This document shows, piece by piece, positions 62,610 to 64,000 of a stretch of 64,000 nucleotides of DNA. Source of the DNA: Paecilomyces variotii (Eukaryota); NCBI GenBank assembly GCA_004022145.1, contig RCNU01000004.1, one strand, 5' to 3'. Made by a program: the position numbers and the translations under genes. A model generated the notes under the pieces. It searched no databases. It was not told where the DNA came from and was given only the letters and a program-made list of their open reading frames with translations. The stretch's first letter is position 1. The number at the start of each line of letters is the position of its first letter.

Positions 62610-62852
62610 CTCATTCAGGGTTTTCATTTCTTCTCTCGGAGTTAGGGTTGTGTATCTCTTTTCCTATGTCATTTCCAGGGCTTTTACATGATGATCTTTT
62701 TTTTTCTTTGTCGGATGTGCCTGCGCAGCCTTCCTCTTTTGATACAACATGCCGTCTCTGAGAATTTCAGGGAAAAAAACAATGGATTGGTGGTACAATG
62801 TAATTCTCTTATCTACTGTACAAAAATATACGTCTACATGATATCATACATC

Positions 62853-63947
62853 TCATGCTGGTGAATTTCGTTGTTTTCTCGCCAGTTTTGCGGCCTTCAG
62901 CGCCTGTGTCATGCTCGGACCAGGCTCTTCCCCAGTGTCGTGTTGGCGCCGTTCATGCTCAGCATCCACATCGTCGAGGATGAATTTCCCCAACTCACCG
63001 GCTCTCCACTTCTGTATGAAACGCAGCGCTGCAAGGTCTATATTCGGGACCCCTCCCTTGGCAAGTAATCCCGTTTGACGTGCAAAAGCCTGGAGGAGAG
63101 GCAGGGCCTCGTTGGTCGGTTCTGACCATCGCTGATACACCTGCGGGTTGTGCAGGTTGATATGATATAATAAATAGTCTGCTATAGTGGTAGGTGGAAT
63201 GATGGTATCTTTCACGCAGCCACAGAGCGCCAGCTTTAGCATCCTTTCGGCATCTGGCATGTAAGGAACGAATACACCGGGCGTATCGAGTACGTAGACA
63301 TCCGAGCCTTCTTCTCGCTCAACGATCTTGACAGGTGTCCCGATCTTTCTTGTTATTCCAGGCTGGTCACCTGTTCTGACAGCTTTTGCTTTTCCCATGC
63401 CTTGGTTCCGGAGAGCGTTGATTAGTGTCGATTTACCCACGTTGGGCATTCCGACAACCATAACGCGACATCCCACCAGCCGATCCGGACCATGAGCATC
63501 ATTCCTAAGATATTTGATGACGGATGCAGTGTCTTTATTCGAAGACGAACTGACAAAGAAGACGGCGCTTTTTGGATCCAGGTTCCGGATCTTTTTCTCG
63601 GTCTAGAAAATATGGATTCCTGTAAGCCGGCGCGTCTTCCACGAAACTCAAGTGATATAAACACGCATAGCGAAACTTACTTGCTGCACTGCCGCTCTGT
63701 GATTCCCTCCCAAATCTCTCTTAGTATAAACTATCATTCGTGATTTATCCCCAAGCGCTTCCTCGAACATAGGATTGATCGAAGTGACCGGAGCGCGGAA
63801 ATCACGGCATTCAATGATATAGTCCACAGACGACAACATATTCTTCATCTTTTCCAGTCCGGCCCGGTGATGACCGAGGAAATAAGATCTGGGAATCGAT
63901 TCATAATGAGGGAAGATCTTGCGCGGAATAAACTTGGCTGCCATCAT
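62853..63947 (-). CDS. MTG1: Mitochondrial ribosome-assembly GTPase Mtg1 (YlqF/RbgA family; 2 exons)
   Basis: YFLGHH, IECRDFRAP, circularly permuted G4 TKRD, then G1 GMPNVGKS, G2 PGIT and G3 DTPG. Intron 63680-63603. Confidence 0.94.
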
Positions 63948-64000
63948 GAGGGAATTGCGAAGGGGTGAGTGATTCTGAATAGAATCTGCAAAGACATCAT

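Overview
Eukaryotic DNA from a filamentous ascomycete, most likely Eurotiales (Aspergillus/Paecilomyces-like). It is about 50% GC with short GT-AG introns carrying CTRAC/CTAAT branch sites. I reconstructed 16 protein-coding genes by hand. In window order they are: a LovD/beta-lactamase-family hydrolase, a GPI-anchored Bim1/X325-like copper-binding protein, an APH-like phosphotransferase, an SRR1-domain protein, a 5'-nucleotidase, a truncated btgC, a two-domain uncharacterised protein, Asn-tRNA ligase, an Arg/Asp-rich uncharacterised protein, palmitoyltransferase Pfa5, two small Cys/His-motif proteins, a Red1-like zf-C3H1 protein, myosin II, Isy1 and Mtg1. There is also a frameshifted kinase pseudogene. 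The most notable observations are: (1) btgC has lost its GH17 catalytic domain but keeps an intact N-terminal/TM ORF, with a decayed in-frame fossil of the GH17 C-terminus behind the stop; (2) two tandem genes carry three copies of a 7-Cys/1-His motif; (3) an ~11 kb gene-free region with a cluster of TACGGAGTA motifs lies upstream of an uncharacterised gene with an internally duplicated domain. I found no tRNA, rRNA, CRISPR array or intact transposon. All family assignments come from motif recognition, not database searches.
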